A stretch of 64,000 nt of DNA, from contig CM114271.1 in NCBI GenBank assembly GCA_050084515.1, positions 15,562,001 to 15,626,000 on the forward strand, read 5' to 3'. Both the position numbers and the translations under genes were made by a program. Under the pieces are notes generated by a model, which made no database searches, was not told the origin of the DNA, and worked only from the letters and a program-made list of their open reading frames with translations. The first letter of the stretch is position 1; each line of letters opens with the position of its first letter. Shown here piece after piece: positions 23,279 to 36,100 of the stretch. The DNA is from Blasia pusilla (Eukaryota).

Positions 23279-24699
23279 TCAGATCAAACCCACGACAATG
23301 GCGATGACGAGAGTTGACGCCAGCAGCAGCCCCGAGGCCGATGGAAGAATCGTGATCCCAGCGCTTTCGATCGGGAAGATGTCGGGAAGTTGACACTCGT
23401 CCCCGTTGAACCACACCCGCTTGGGAAATCCATCTCCACCGGTGACATTGATCCCGGGTATCAACCTCTTGTTGAAGGACATGATGGACTGGACCTTACC
23501 TGGAGTGATGCCTCCCTCCAAACCGAGCAAGTAATCGTTGTAGCTTTTCTTCCCCTTCATGAACACGAGGTCCATCTGCTTATTGTCGATGAGCGTGGTG
23601 ACCTCGCTCCCGTTAAAGCTGTAGACATCCTGGTAGCCCGCCAAGGCCTTGCCCAAGTCCAAAGCGAGGAACCAGTCCGCCACCGCTTCCGCTTCCCAAT
23701 TGAAAAGCGTGATTCGGGTACTATATCCCTTGGCGAAATCAGAGTAGATGTGCCAGTTGATGGTCACGCCGCAATTGTCCGGGCAGGGCAAAGGATTCGG
23801 GATGTTGAATTTATCGATCCTGGCCAGCTCCAACGCCAATGCGGTGCGGTTGGAGGGCGGGAGGAGAAGACCGTATGTAGGTAGGAGCATGGACTCTGCG
23901 TTGGGGTCACACGTCGGGTTGGCCTTCTTGCAGTCGCCGCAAGCACAGCTCGGGCATGGAACGACGGAGCTGTTGTAAAACCCAGAAAAGGATACGCAAC
24001 ACTTGCGAGGTGTACTCGGGTCAGGAAGCGTCTGGTTGCAAGTCACCTGCCAGGTGATAGCAGCGGAACTGTAATGGAGGCCTGGATCAGGCCCCCATTC
24101 AGATGGAGCCACGAGTCTCGGTAAACCACAAGTGTAAGTCGATGCACCCTTGTTGAGATCACCGATTCTCCAGTTGGCAGGAGGGTCGACCTTGGTTTTA
24201 CCCTTCTGAAGTCGCCCCTTCTGAACGTCGAGGGTGAACACGGACTTAGTCATAGCAGGAGCGATTATCTTCGGCAGAAGGGATCCGTTCCGACAGCAGA
24301 AAGGCACCGCCATGTCCCCGTTAGACGCGAACTCCAGCGAAAGATCTACGATGGTTGGCGTTTTCTGACAACTCATAGCTGATGAGAAATCCGCTCCGGG
24401 ATTCAGTTCTGCTTGCGGGCCGTTCAAGCACTGCTCCTGGTCCTGCTCTAGTGTTTGGGCGCCCTTCATTCCCTGGATGTACTCGTCATACAACCAGTCC
24501 CACGTCAAGTTCCAGTGGTCGATCCTGCCGATCTCTTGATCGAGAGAAATCGTTACCTGTGCGGTGTATTGCTGATCAAATGTCTTCACTACGTCGTAGT
24601 ACATTGTGATGTCTCCTTTCTCCCGTGGTAGCCACTTTTTGCTCGCGGAATCTGCCAGATCGGTAGAGTTCTCCTTGCAGCAGACGACCATCGTGACGT
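23279..24699 (-). CDS. COBL: COBRA-like protein (COBL7 subgroup), exon 2 of 2
   Basis: LPREKGDITMYYDV, PTIVDL, CCRNGSLLP, CCVS motif (KCCVSFSGFYN), PCPDNCGVTINWH, GDGFPKRVWFNGDEC, hydrophobic GPI-signal C-terminus. The AG acceptor (24701-24700) is phase 1, matching exon 1. Confidence 0.93.
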
Positions 24700-25175
24700 C
24701 TAATACATCACGGGTGAATATTAGGCGCACTCGTATATACTGTAACGGGGAATGGACGGTACTCAAGGTGCACGAAATAAGCGCATACGAGACAACTCAA
24801 TCGTAAAATTCCCGCATGGACATAAAACGGCAACGACAAGAATATGGAGCCCCTACTGAAATCCTTTCTCGTTGCACGATACCCTCGCTTTCAACTCGAT
24901 TGGTCGGGAAGGACTTCGTGATATTCATTTTGTTTTGCACGTCTTCACGAGCAGATCCCCGAAGTTCCCAAGGCCGCGCGAAATCAAAGAAACTCCCTCC
25001 CACTCATTACGACCATAACTCATACTCCAAATTCTTTCGTGTGCATGACAAGAACGTTAAACGGTTGCTGTAAATTGAATTTCGATTAAGGAAGTCCCAT
25101 TTCACGTACACTGAACGATCACCTAGCCTCTTCACACAAGGATAAAGGATCTCATACAAGCAGAAGAGCACTTAC

Positions 25176-25848
25176 TGGCTTCAATCGCCGGCTTGCTGCA
25201 GTCATAGCCAGTGTTCGTGAGGGAGATATTCTTTGGAAGAGGTATGTCAATCGGCTGCCCTGGACCCACTCCAAACTCGGTTCCTGTGATTTGGTATTTT
25301 ACTTGAATTAACTGAAAGTCCTCGGCTGTATCGATGGAGGTCAGCAAATCCGGATTGTCCGTACCGGTCAGAGTGGTTCCATTTCCCACCAATGCACCGG
25401 GCAGGATTTGACTTCCGTCACCTATTACCACTCCTGGAGCCTCAGCAATCACTTCACCATGTTGGAACCCGATATAGAGTTCCCAATTACGCAGCTCAGA
25501 GTAACCCGCGTTGGTGAGCGTTCCAGAGGCTTCAAATTTGTAGGGTTGGGTCGCATTGATGAGAGAAATTGGAAGAATTCGCTGGAGGGACTTCCCGGTA
25601 GTATACGTAAGAACTACTCCCTTACAAGTATAGAGATATTGCAAATGCAGCGGCAGTGCTGAAATGTTTGTACCGTATGGAAGCGCGGCATGCACTACGG
25701 TCATCAGAAAGCACCAGGAAGCACAGAGGATGAGTCTGTTCCATGCTCCTACTTGCTTCATGGTGGACAGCCGCACCGAGCTCCTCTGCCGTCCCAGGAC
25801 TACCGCCATCACCTTTCTATGACAACCTATCTCTCTCGTCACATTCAC
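25176..25848 (-). CDS. COBL: COBRA-like protein, exon 1 of 2 (start may be 25848, 25809 or 25761)
   Basis: Signal-peptide-like segment, CKGVVLTY, QPYKFEA, WELYIGFQHGE, DLLTSIDTAED, GTEFGV. The GTAAGT donor after 25176 joins exon 2 in frame (IEA-N-VTM). Confidence 0.9.
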
Positions 25849-27233
25849 AAATTCAAATCTTCATAGCCGGAACTCGCATCTCCCTAAATTCTCATGTCTC
25901 GGGACTCCTAGCGCTTAAGTTGGTGGTGCTGATCTGAGATGCTTAGACTGCCGCTTTGTGCCGAGAGACACTGACGTTGTAGCCACCCAATTTCCGGTCT
26001 TCTGTGGGGTGACAGGCACAGAGATGGAGGCAAAGGATGGTACAATGGTACCAGCGTAATCTCCGATCGAGATCCACCATTTTAAGTACGCTGTTCTCCT
26101 CCGATAATTGCACTGCAAATCCTGCTGTTCTCCTTTCTGCGTGCGTAAGCCTCCCACGTTCTCTCCACAACTGCCCATTTTTCTCCTTCGACCGTGGCCC
26201 TAACTTTCCATCACTGTGAGACTTTCACCAAACTGTCATTCATTCACCTCCTTGTCCCAAACCTGCGCACTTTCCTCTCCACTGTTCCACAAACTCATAT
26301 TCTCAGTCAGTTACTGTCACTGTTCCGAATCAACCCGTTCCCTCGTTTCCCACCTGCCTGGACATCCTCTCCTTACCGCCCCGATCTTCTCTTACTCCAG
26401 CTGTGTGCGCCGCACAATTCCTCACGTCCGCCTCCCTTCAATCGACCACCTGGTCTCGACTCCCACACGCTTCCCTACTCGCCGTGCCCTTCACCCCGGT
26501 CAGACTAAACTGGTTGACGACGGGCTCCCATCGTGATCGCCATGACGGCGCAGGCCACCCTGTTCTTACGGCATAAACTCTTACGGCATCCATAGCTACG
26601 ACATCCATAGAGGGGTTTTCCCAAGCTCTCCCGTGTCCTTTCGTGCCCCGGGGCCCATGATTCATCCGACCGGTTTTCTTGCGTGATTGTAGCCAGTAGA
26701 CTTGCCCTGAAAGGTACAGGTCATCCCGGCGAGCTGTTAGCCATCGTGGCTTTTCAAAGGAGCGACGGCGGCTCCCGTAGGAGACGCTGCTGCAGAAGGA
26801 CGTTTCATAGTACACGCTACGAGAGCCATGGGAATTGTCAAGCTCTCGCTTTAGGGCTATTTGGGACAGAATGCGTCCTTGCAATAGGGTCTCACTGACC
26901 CTCTAAGGGACGTAACCCGGAGTTATGGTGAAGGGGGGTTGAAACAAAGGTTGTTGTTTTGTTGCAAGAGGGACAAAAGAAGGCGAAAGAAAAAAGGGGG
27001 CTTACCCCATACAAATTGAGCTCACTGATAGGAGAGACAATATCGATGAAGTCTAGTGAAAGACAACTAGCGTTAAGAAAGCTTCCAACAATGGTGTCTC
27101 CCGCAGCTTGAGCCAGCCTCAAAAGCCCATAGGCTTGGGCATGCTGCCAAGCTATGGAGACCCATTAGCTACAATGAAGAACATTAGTAGCTAAAGTGTC
27201 GCGCCCCTACTCTCCTTGAACGTCAATCTTTAA

Positions 27234-28202
27234 TGTTGCGAAAGCGTGCGTTCACTAGGTTACGAACTCATCGCCGATCTGCACCCAAACACGCACTCTC
27301 GTTAGTCGGGTTTGGGCCAACCGGCGTTCCAACCCACTGAGTCCTCATCTCGGCGTCTCATCGAGCTCAACCTTCCTTAGTTCCTAGCTTCCAAAACATG
27401 GCAAGTCCTTCAAGACTTGGAACAGACTTCCTAGTTAGTCCAGGGATCTGAAACGGCACTTGCGCGCCTAGCGATCCCAACTGTTCAACGGTCCTCGGGT
27501 GAGTTCCGAACCGAGACCCAAGTAATTGAGTCGCGGGGTGGAATCCAAGAGGGATGTCTAAAATCGCCTCACTGGACTTGGTGCAGGTTTTCCAACCCAA
27601 CCCCCAAACTCGCGTTCCGTTCCACGCCCTTGAGCCGCCCCGCGGCGCCCAAAGTGGGGTTTGGGTTCCAAGCACTCTCGGAGACCTTCCCCCCTTACTA
27701 GTACTTCTGGGGTTCTCCAATAACCCCTCCCCTTTGGGAAAAGAGGGTCGGGCCCTTCATTGTGGCCCTCAACCCGACTCCACTTACAATCGTTTTCGGG
27801 TCGTATCTCGGCCTCTGCTTATGCGTTTGCAGCGATCTTTAGTGCGTTTGGACCGGCTCTCCATAAGCTTTCCAACGCACCCTTATTTGCTCCAAACGCA
27901 TCTTGGCGCTAAAAGTTATGGCCATAAATACAGTCGGAAACTCTCAAACGCTAGTGGCGTTCCAAATCCGGATCTTCCCTTTGGCAACCCACTTCCTAGA
28001 CTCGACTTCTTTCAAGTCTCATTCCGCGTTTGGTCCAGGTTTCTCAATCGCGACCATAACACCTGAAACGCGATTCCTCGCTCGCGTCTCGTCTCTCTTG
28101 TCTCCTCTTTGAGATAACTCCAACGCGCAAACCATCTTAGCGTGAGCCCGCTAATGTTCCGATGTTCCGTTTGGCACTTGTCTGGTCATGAGGGTCGTGA
28201 CA
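27234..28202 (-). mobile_element. Solo-LTR-like element of another family
   Basis: Begins TGTCACGACC on the minus strand and ends ...TCGCAACA (TG..CA, imperfect terminal inverted repeat). Contains a CATAACTTT...CGTTGGAAAG block seen in plant LTRs. No clean TSD (only TAA shared). Confidence 0.45.
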
Positions 28203-28446
28203 TAAAGACAATCCATTTTCCGACTACATATGATGAGCGTAGAGTGTGAGGAACGAGTCAAACCTCTCATCCATAGCCTCATATATGTCTATGGCTAGGG
28301 GGACGAATTGATGAAACGAGGGAGTATGGAACACGAAGGCAAGTAAGAGGAAGGAGAAAGAAGCGAAAGGTGGGGCCCATATGGATAAGTCCTTTCATAG
28401 GACCGACATGGACATGTCCACGGACACGGACTTTGTCAACATGCAA

Positions 28447-28450
<4 letters not shown>

Positions 28451-28498
<48 letters not shown>
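28451..28498. repeat. (CT)24 microsatellite
   Basis: Perfect CT dinucleotide run. Confidence 0.97.
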
Positions 28499-28499
<1 letters not shown>

Positions 28500-29025
28500 A
28501 ACATGGAAGTCACTCTCCTTAGCAATACAAAACATGATAGCGTGAGTGGCAATCCTCTCACCCCAACTAGATAGTATTTCAAGTGCGCACCAAGAAGATC
28601 TAGACTCCAACTTCACTCAGATTATGTCGAACCAACCACCAATGGTTGGGGGAGGCTTAGCCAGAACTGCATCATTGCGATAGGGATAGTCAAGATAAGA
28701 GGCCAGTCAAGGCCCCACCCATGAGCCTACCTGCTTCTGGGAGTTAGAAGAGCAAATGCAGACCCAAGCCTCCATCAGAATATCCCCATCGGACATACTG
28801 CCTCTAGAAACTAGCTCAAAGTGGGCTTCCATCAAAGAATATTGGACCCTACTTTGACTCAAGGTAAGTAAGAAGGAGAAAGTGGGGAATCTCTACCATG
28901 CTCTAAGAGAAAACTATAATGGGAAGAAGTTGTCATCAACTTGAGACATGTACTGTAGCCCTAATCTACTCTCACATCCCATAAGGGTACAAGTGGAGTT
29001 TATTATTCGAATCCCTTATGTTATA

Positions 29026-29598
29026 AATGGTTGCATGGAAATGGACATGTTCATGGATATGCCCAACAGGTCTCATGCTCGAGTTGTTTTCGGTACGCCA
29101 ATAGCCCGCGCGAGCTCAGAATACCAGAATCGGCACAGGCTCAAATTAAGGGAGGAGGACAAGACTTGAGCCTCATGAAGCCTGCACCAGTGCGCTCTAA
29201 GCCCTAAGCCGACCCACACAATGCGGGCTTAAGGCCCGCGGACGATAAAAAACTTGATTAATCTCAAGGAAGAGGGATCTGATTGATGAGTAATACAAAA
29301 CATGATCTCCTTAGTAATTTATTTTAAAAATCAAGTTCATTATGCACTGGGAGGGCTAGGCCCACACGAGCGTGGTTGGAGGGCATGTGCGAGCCAATGT
29401 GGGCCAAGGATGAGATGGTGTGGGGTACAATATGATCGACGGGTTCCTAGACTAGGTGCAGGCTTGCTCAGCCTGAATCTTCGTTGTGGGCAAGGGATGC
29501 TCGAATGTGGGCTGCGGGTACGTGGACCCGCATGAACATGTTGGTCCTAGGGACAGACATAAGTCCGTGGACACGGAATTTGTCAATGTGCAACCTTG
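29026..29598. mobile_element. hAT-type MITE
   Basis: Termini AATGGTTGCATG / GTGCAACCTTG; perfect 8-bp TSD ATGTTATA (29018-29025, 29599-29606). Confidence 0.85.
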
Positions 29599-31659
29599 AT
29601 GTTATATCCTATTGTAGGGTGTCAAAGCCATGTAGGTTCCTTGATAGCATGCATGTAAGTTGATATAACCCCAAGTTTGCTGCCCACCTCCTAATTTATG
29701 ATTTGTTTTCAATGAGGCCTTTGGACCTTCTCTCCCTCTTTTTAATTTACTCAAAAAGTTTGCGTTACCTTTTTCCAACCTAGTCAGCCTTAAAATCTAA
29801 ATCCAAAATCTATTTACTCAATGATTACGTCGCGGATTCATGGAATTATGAAGGGTTGACGATTAAAAAACTTCCATAATCAAAGAAATTGTCTATATAC
29901 CACAAATGAAACAATGTCCAATCAATTCGTATAATATCGTAATCTACTAGTAAGGTGTTGGTCAATGGTCCCTCCATTAATAACTCTAAGAATTTTATTT
30001 GACACTAAATGGGTGACAAAAATCTCAAAAAAATTAAAACCAATCATCCCATTAGCCGATAGATATATTTTAATAATTATGATTTTTTTTCCAAAAATAA
30101 ATTGAATAACTAGTTTCCATAAAAACTATTCAAAATTTTGAGTCAAATATTAGGGATCTAATTTTAGGTATGAATATTTTGGAATATTTATGAAATATTT
30201 GAGTAGAAAATTAGGTTTTATGTCAACTATGGGATGTTTAATGGAAAGTTCACGATTGAATTTTCGGGAAGTTTTCGTAAAATTTTATTTAATATTTGGT
30301 TGATGCAAAAACTTATATTCAAGTAGAGAAATAAAGATGAATATTTTTAAGAAGGAAAGGAGGGATGAAGAAAACATTTTGAAATGAAAAAGTACACATG
30401 GAGAGTACTTTCTTTCCCTATTAAGAAAGAAAGGAAGGTATTTTTCTTCAAAGTGGGATCCGGGTTCCTTTTTCTCCCATGATGAGAAGATGGGATGAAT
30501 GGTTCTTCAACTAAAGAGAGCATGAGATGAGATTATAAATAAAAAACTCGGTTTATAAACTAGGAGTGGGGAGACTCGAGAGAGACCACTTAAATATTAC
30601 ACTATAGTAAAAGACAACATCTTCTTGATTTTTACCCTCTCTTTAATGCTTAATGAACATGTATAATTTAGGCAACAAGAACACTTGTTAACTTTGAGTA
30701 ACTCGACTAACTCCATTATCTTCGTGCATGTCACAACCTACTCACTAGTTTTCTCAAAATGAGTATGAGGGGATTTCTTGTATAGGTAGATCCCATGGAA
30801 ATATCAACAACTTGACGTTTTATGTATATTATCAATGCACATATGGAAGAATTTATCCTTGTTCAGTAGTGCATCAACACACATGCAGATCAAATGTCGT
30901 TCAAGCATTGGTGCTTCCACTTTGATAATTTGTGCTCCATGCATGGTCAAAATCCATCAGTATGGCATAAAAAGCTACTTTCCATCCTAAGGTCGATACT
31001 CTAATTAAAAATCCCCAAAATTGAATTCTCCCTTTATTTGAATTTGCATGAATCTTTAATAAAATTATAAGAAATTTCATTAATCTACTCAAAGATGAGG
31101 TTAATTTCCCATAATTTACAAATTCACTCGCAAGTTTTATGATTGAAATTTTTATCATTACTAATGAATATTGAGTGAATATTATCCACTCTTACAATAC
31201 TTCTTTTACTTTAAGACTTCCTATTTTGGCAACTCAAAGGATCATCTTATGATCTTTCATCTTATAAAGGCATACCATGATAATTCCATTCATTTACTAT
31301 TTGAGAAAGAGGGGTTCAAGGGCTGCATGTGGAAAAAATTCATATTTGCCCTATAGGCAGACTGACACTACTACATTTAAGGTCAATTTGCAAGTCCTAA
31401 AAGGCACAAACAACTTGCAGTCACAAGGGAGATGAATTGAATCTCACTTTGCAAGTGTGACGCGAGTCAGAAGGGTCATATTCTTAAATTCATACTTCAG
31501 TAGTAGTTGGGTCTTAAAAGGCTAACAATATACCCAAAAACCAGTCACAAATATTCATAGCTTTGCAAATCTACAAGAAGATTTTGCGAGTTTACATAGT
31601 CATTTTTTTTGCCCCCAATTGACACCAACAAAAGACTAGGAGACATTATCAAATCTCAC

Positions 31660-33175
31660 AAATATGCATATGGGAAATTATAGTTTGGAAGGTTAAGACT
31701 AGAAGTGATTCCATAAATTGAAAAAGGTGAAGCTTTAAATGGAAGACATGAGTACAATTTTGATGCTAGTATGAGTACACCCAAAGCCGAATTGCTAGGG
31801 TTGCACACGGACAAAGTCAATGTCCGAGGACATATCCATGTCCATGGACTTATGTTCGTCCTATGGACGGACATGCGCGTACGGGCCCAAGTACGTGCAG
31901 CTGGCACCTGAGCCCGCCCGAAGCCCGCCACATAGACCCGGGTTGACAGAGCCCGCACCCATTGCGTGCCCTGCCAGGGCCCAAGGTCGGTCCGCAACCA
32001 AGGCTTGCAAGCCTGGTTACGGGCCGACAGCGAGCCCGTGCAGGCCAGACAACACGTGCGAGCTCCGTCAGCTCGGGTCTACGTGGCGGGCATTGGATGG
32101 GCTTCGGGCGGGCTCGGGTACGGGCCGGGCATGTTTGGGTCTTGTGTGTTTTCATGAAACCTTGTGACTTGCAATTGGTAGTTGGGGGATATGCAAAAAA
32201 ATATGATTTGGACTATGATGAGACTTTCAATCTTGTAGCCAAGATGATAATAATGAGAAATTTTGTGTCATTGGGAACTAGAAAATTATAGATAATGCAT
32301 GAGATGGATTTCAAGAATGCACTTTCTCATAAAGATTTGGACAGACAAAATCAACATAGTTAGCCACCTAGACATGACTCTTGAGCATCTAGATTATCCT
32401 TCTTTGGTTACTTTATGCAAATAGAGGAAGGCTCTTTATGGACTCAAACAAGATGTAAGAGTATTGTAAGATTAATCAATTCCTAGACACCGTTGCATTT
32501 CACACGTCTTAGTTTAAATTCTTTATTTTTTTTACTAAGAATTGAAGGAAATTAAAAATTATGCTTTTTGTCTATGTTGATGATGTAATTGTAATTAATA
32601 GCAAAAAAATCTTGAAATAGAAAATCAAAGTGCAATAATGTTGTAACTAGAGTTTGAATGCAAAGATGTGGAAGAGCTCAAAGTGAGAAGCCTATTCCCA
32701 TTGGACCACATTGTGAAGCTTACAAGAGACAAAAGGTTATGAGATAAGTAATAATAATATCTACTGTGATATAGTTGGGGGCTTGATCTACTCTACTATC
32801 ACAAAGCTAGATCTCACTTATATGGTTGGTTTAGGAAGACCATACATTTATGCGATCATTGTAAAAACCCCATCTTCATACATTGAGGTGGATCTTCAAA
32901 TATGTAAAGTTCATAATTTTGTTTGGACTTTACTAATCCTCGAGCCTTTGGAGCTACACAAATACACTCATACAAATTGGGCTAGGAGCGCCCTTAACAA
33001 AAGATCTACTTCCATGTATCCACCTTGAGGAAGCAACCGTATGTTGGAAGGTAGATACGCGAGAGCAACCATGAAAATATGCAAGGAAATATGCGAACGA
33101 ATTTGGTTGACGAGTTTATTTATATATACAAGCTTAGAATGTTCAGAAATCAATTCCATATATGGAGATAATATC
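31660..33175 (+). pseudogene. Ty1/Copia RT-RNase H remnant, 5' part
   Basis: LVVGGYAKKYDLDYDETFNLVAKM, HEMDFKNA, KALYGLKQ, VYVDDVIV, then IPYGDNI-like RNase H cut by the Gypsy insertion. Confidence 0.85.
31796..32164. mobile_element. hAT-type MITE nested in Copia RT
   Basis: TAGGGTTGCAC / CATGAAACCTTG termini; degenerate 8-bp TSD CGAATTGC/TGACTTGC. Confidence 0.75.
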
Positions 33176-36100
33176 TGTTGTGCGCATACACATTGCTACA
33201 AAACATACATCGTTGTCAATGAACATACACACAAACACGCACGATCTCATGCTAACTCATGGCATCCAAAGAACGAGATAAGAAGTACCAAAATATCTCC
33301 AATAAATCAATGAAATCTCACATCAATGTCTCACACCAAAATTTCCATGGTGTGCACTCTCTCTCATGTTAAACCAAACCCATTCTCCTAGTGAGAGGCT
33401 TGGGTTACGCACACAAGGCAAGGAGGACCATAGCTCCGCCGCCTCATGCCAAGAGGTTCAACAAAGAGAGAATGAGCTCTCAAGATCTCTCTCTTGGAGG
33501 TATACCCCCTTCCTTGTCCCAAGATCTTTCCTTGGTAACCTATGCTCGCAGGTCAACTCCTTTGCTCTTGACCTGCTGTAGCGGGTCAAGGGCCACTTCC
33601 CAAAGTGGAAAGTTGACTATACTCTAAATGGAAACTTACCAAAAATAGTAAGTTTCTATATATGGCTCCAAATGAGTCGAAACAAAATGGAAACCAACTC
33701 TCTCAGGTTATTCGTGGCCTCAAGAGGTCATCCTTGACCTCCTGAGGCTGTCCTCTAGTATCTCTGAAGGTGTTCTACTAGATCTCACCGATCTATGTTA
33801 AAAGTCGTGACAATTATCGTGTGCATAGACATCCCTACACAACATACATCGTTGTCAACGAATATACACACAAATACGCACGATCCCATGTTAACTCATG
33901 GCATCCAAACAAGGAGACAAGAATTACCAAAATATCTCCAATCGCCCCCCTAGTTGGTGGTTAGGTTCCTCTAACTCTAGATAGTCATCTATCCCTACCT
34001 ATCATGACATATATCTCTCGGAGGCTAAGAGCAAAAAGGCAAGATGCTCATGTGGCCCCATCGTTAGTCGCCTTCTTATCATCCATGTCATTGACATAAG
34101 TCAAAATCTAGAACTTCCTACTCTATGTACATCTAGGACACATCCATTATCCATGAGGAACCCTAGTAAGAGATGGCGTCAATTCTCAAACGCCATGGGC
34201 ATCACTCTCTGAAATAACTCAACCCTCTAAGAACATGCTCGCGTCCATACATCAGGGTCATCAAGGTTGAACACCTCACCAACATCTCGACGAATGGCCG
34301 CAGGTAAATCTGGCTCTCGGCCATAAAGTAGCAAGTACGATGAGAAAGACGCTAAGGATGCATGCCCGCTAAACTCGACTAACATCTGTAGGGTGTGGAA
34401 TGCGTGAAATAGTCTCTACCTTTTTCTACTGTAGACCAAAGCCCCTTGGGTATATCGTATGACCCAGGTACTTAATATGGTCGTAGAAGAACTTGCACTT
34501 CCGTGGATGTAGCTTCAGCCCATGTAACTGCAATCGTCGAAACACCTCTTCTAGATGTCACTCGTGCTCCTCAACCGTGACGCTAAAGACTACAATGTCA
34601 TCAATATAACACCTAGCAAAATCCAGACTTGCCAAGATCCTATTCATGACCCTCTGAAACTCATCCGGGATGTTCTTTAACCCAAATGGTAAGAACCGCC
34701 ACTGGTACAAACAAGTCTTGGTTCCTACTCTGAATCAGAGCCCTCTCCATGTCACTGTATCTATAGGGTCGTCACAAGATTGGCGTGTCACTTGACAACT
34801 CAATGTGGATCCCTAGACCCTTCAACATACCCAAATCATGCATGCTAAATGCAAAACAACTCCTATAACTCCTAAGGAATTGGTGTATCTAGTGCCACTC
34901 TCCTCATGTCAACTTAGGGCCTATATCTGGCTCCCAAGTCTCCATCATAACTACGGTAGGACTCTCCGGCGCAAGTGTCGGTGGTTGCTATGGTGCAACC
35001 CTGTCTCGGAAAATAGAACTTGACTGCTCCCTTGCAACCAACTGTAAAATCGGATCTCCTCCACGTGCAGTACCTAGAACCACGCTCGATTATGTGGCTA
35101 TCATCTCCCGCGAAACCTACAAAACATCCCAAGAAGTCCAAGGGTGTCTGTCTCGATCATCCCTGGTATGTTGATCTCCTTGGGTCTTGCCTGACCCGAG
35201 CCACTGCCTCAACCGTCTCGGTAGGCATGGGGCTCACCAACGCAACAACTCTAATCTGTCGCATCCGCAAACGACGCTGCTTAGCCACTCCTAAGCTAAA
35301 AATCCATGTCAAGTAGTTCAGGTCGATCGCCTGACCCAGGACATGACGTCGTGATGCGTATGATAGTGATGGTACTATTGTCACTCTTGTGGGAAATCCC
35401 ATCCCTTGCTCTCGCTCATCGGTGTTGGGTTCCACCAACCGCTGTACCTAGTCATACCAAACCAAGCCAGGTCCGGCCTCCTTGAATGCATAGGAAGCAA
35501 GAAAACTCACCAATGTCGGAAAGGCTCTTCGTGGCAGACCAATCCTGTTGACCACAATCAACGGCGATCGATCATGATGCCTCACTGCCTGGGATCAACA
35601 ACTTGGATCCAGAATAGAATCCACCAACAAATGGGAGGGGGACTCCACTCTCGCCTACGCCCTCCGCAACACCTCATGTGGCACCAAGTTGGTCCATCAA
35701 AGACGCATGCGATATGCTCGTGAACCTACACTCACCGGATCCAACAACACTTCCGTACTTGATGTGCACTCGTCACCACGCGAGACTTCGAATCGCCCAA
35801 AATTGGCACATTCTCCAGAATGTATGCTGGAGAACGAGACTGATGCTCCTGTCGCAAGATCCGCATCATCTCCCAAAATAACCTGGACCGCGAGTCAGTT
35901 AACCCGCTACCTCGTCAAGCACTTGATTGGCCCTGACACGGCCAACCATCAATGACCAAAGTTATGGTCCCTACCCGCTCCAAGTCCTGCGCCCCCAACA
36001 ATGAAATGTCTCTTGGTAGGGAACTCTAGTAACCCTAGATGGCAGATGCACACAACAAGGCGGGAAATTGGAGGCGTAATTGCGCCAAATGGTGAAGTGA

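Noticed and set aside
24700-24766. ORF-track start MSTVHSPLQY... of the 495-aa ORF
   Set aside because: It lies in the intron; a phase-matched splice joins the upstream exon instead.
28500-28990. Possible LINE RT C-terminal remnant (PPMVGGGLA)
   Set aside because: Only one weak motif.
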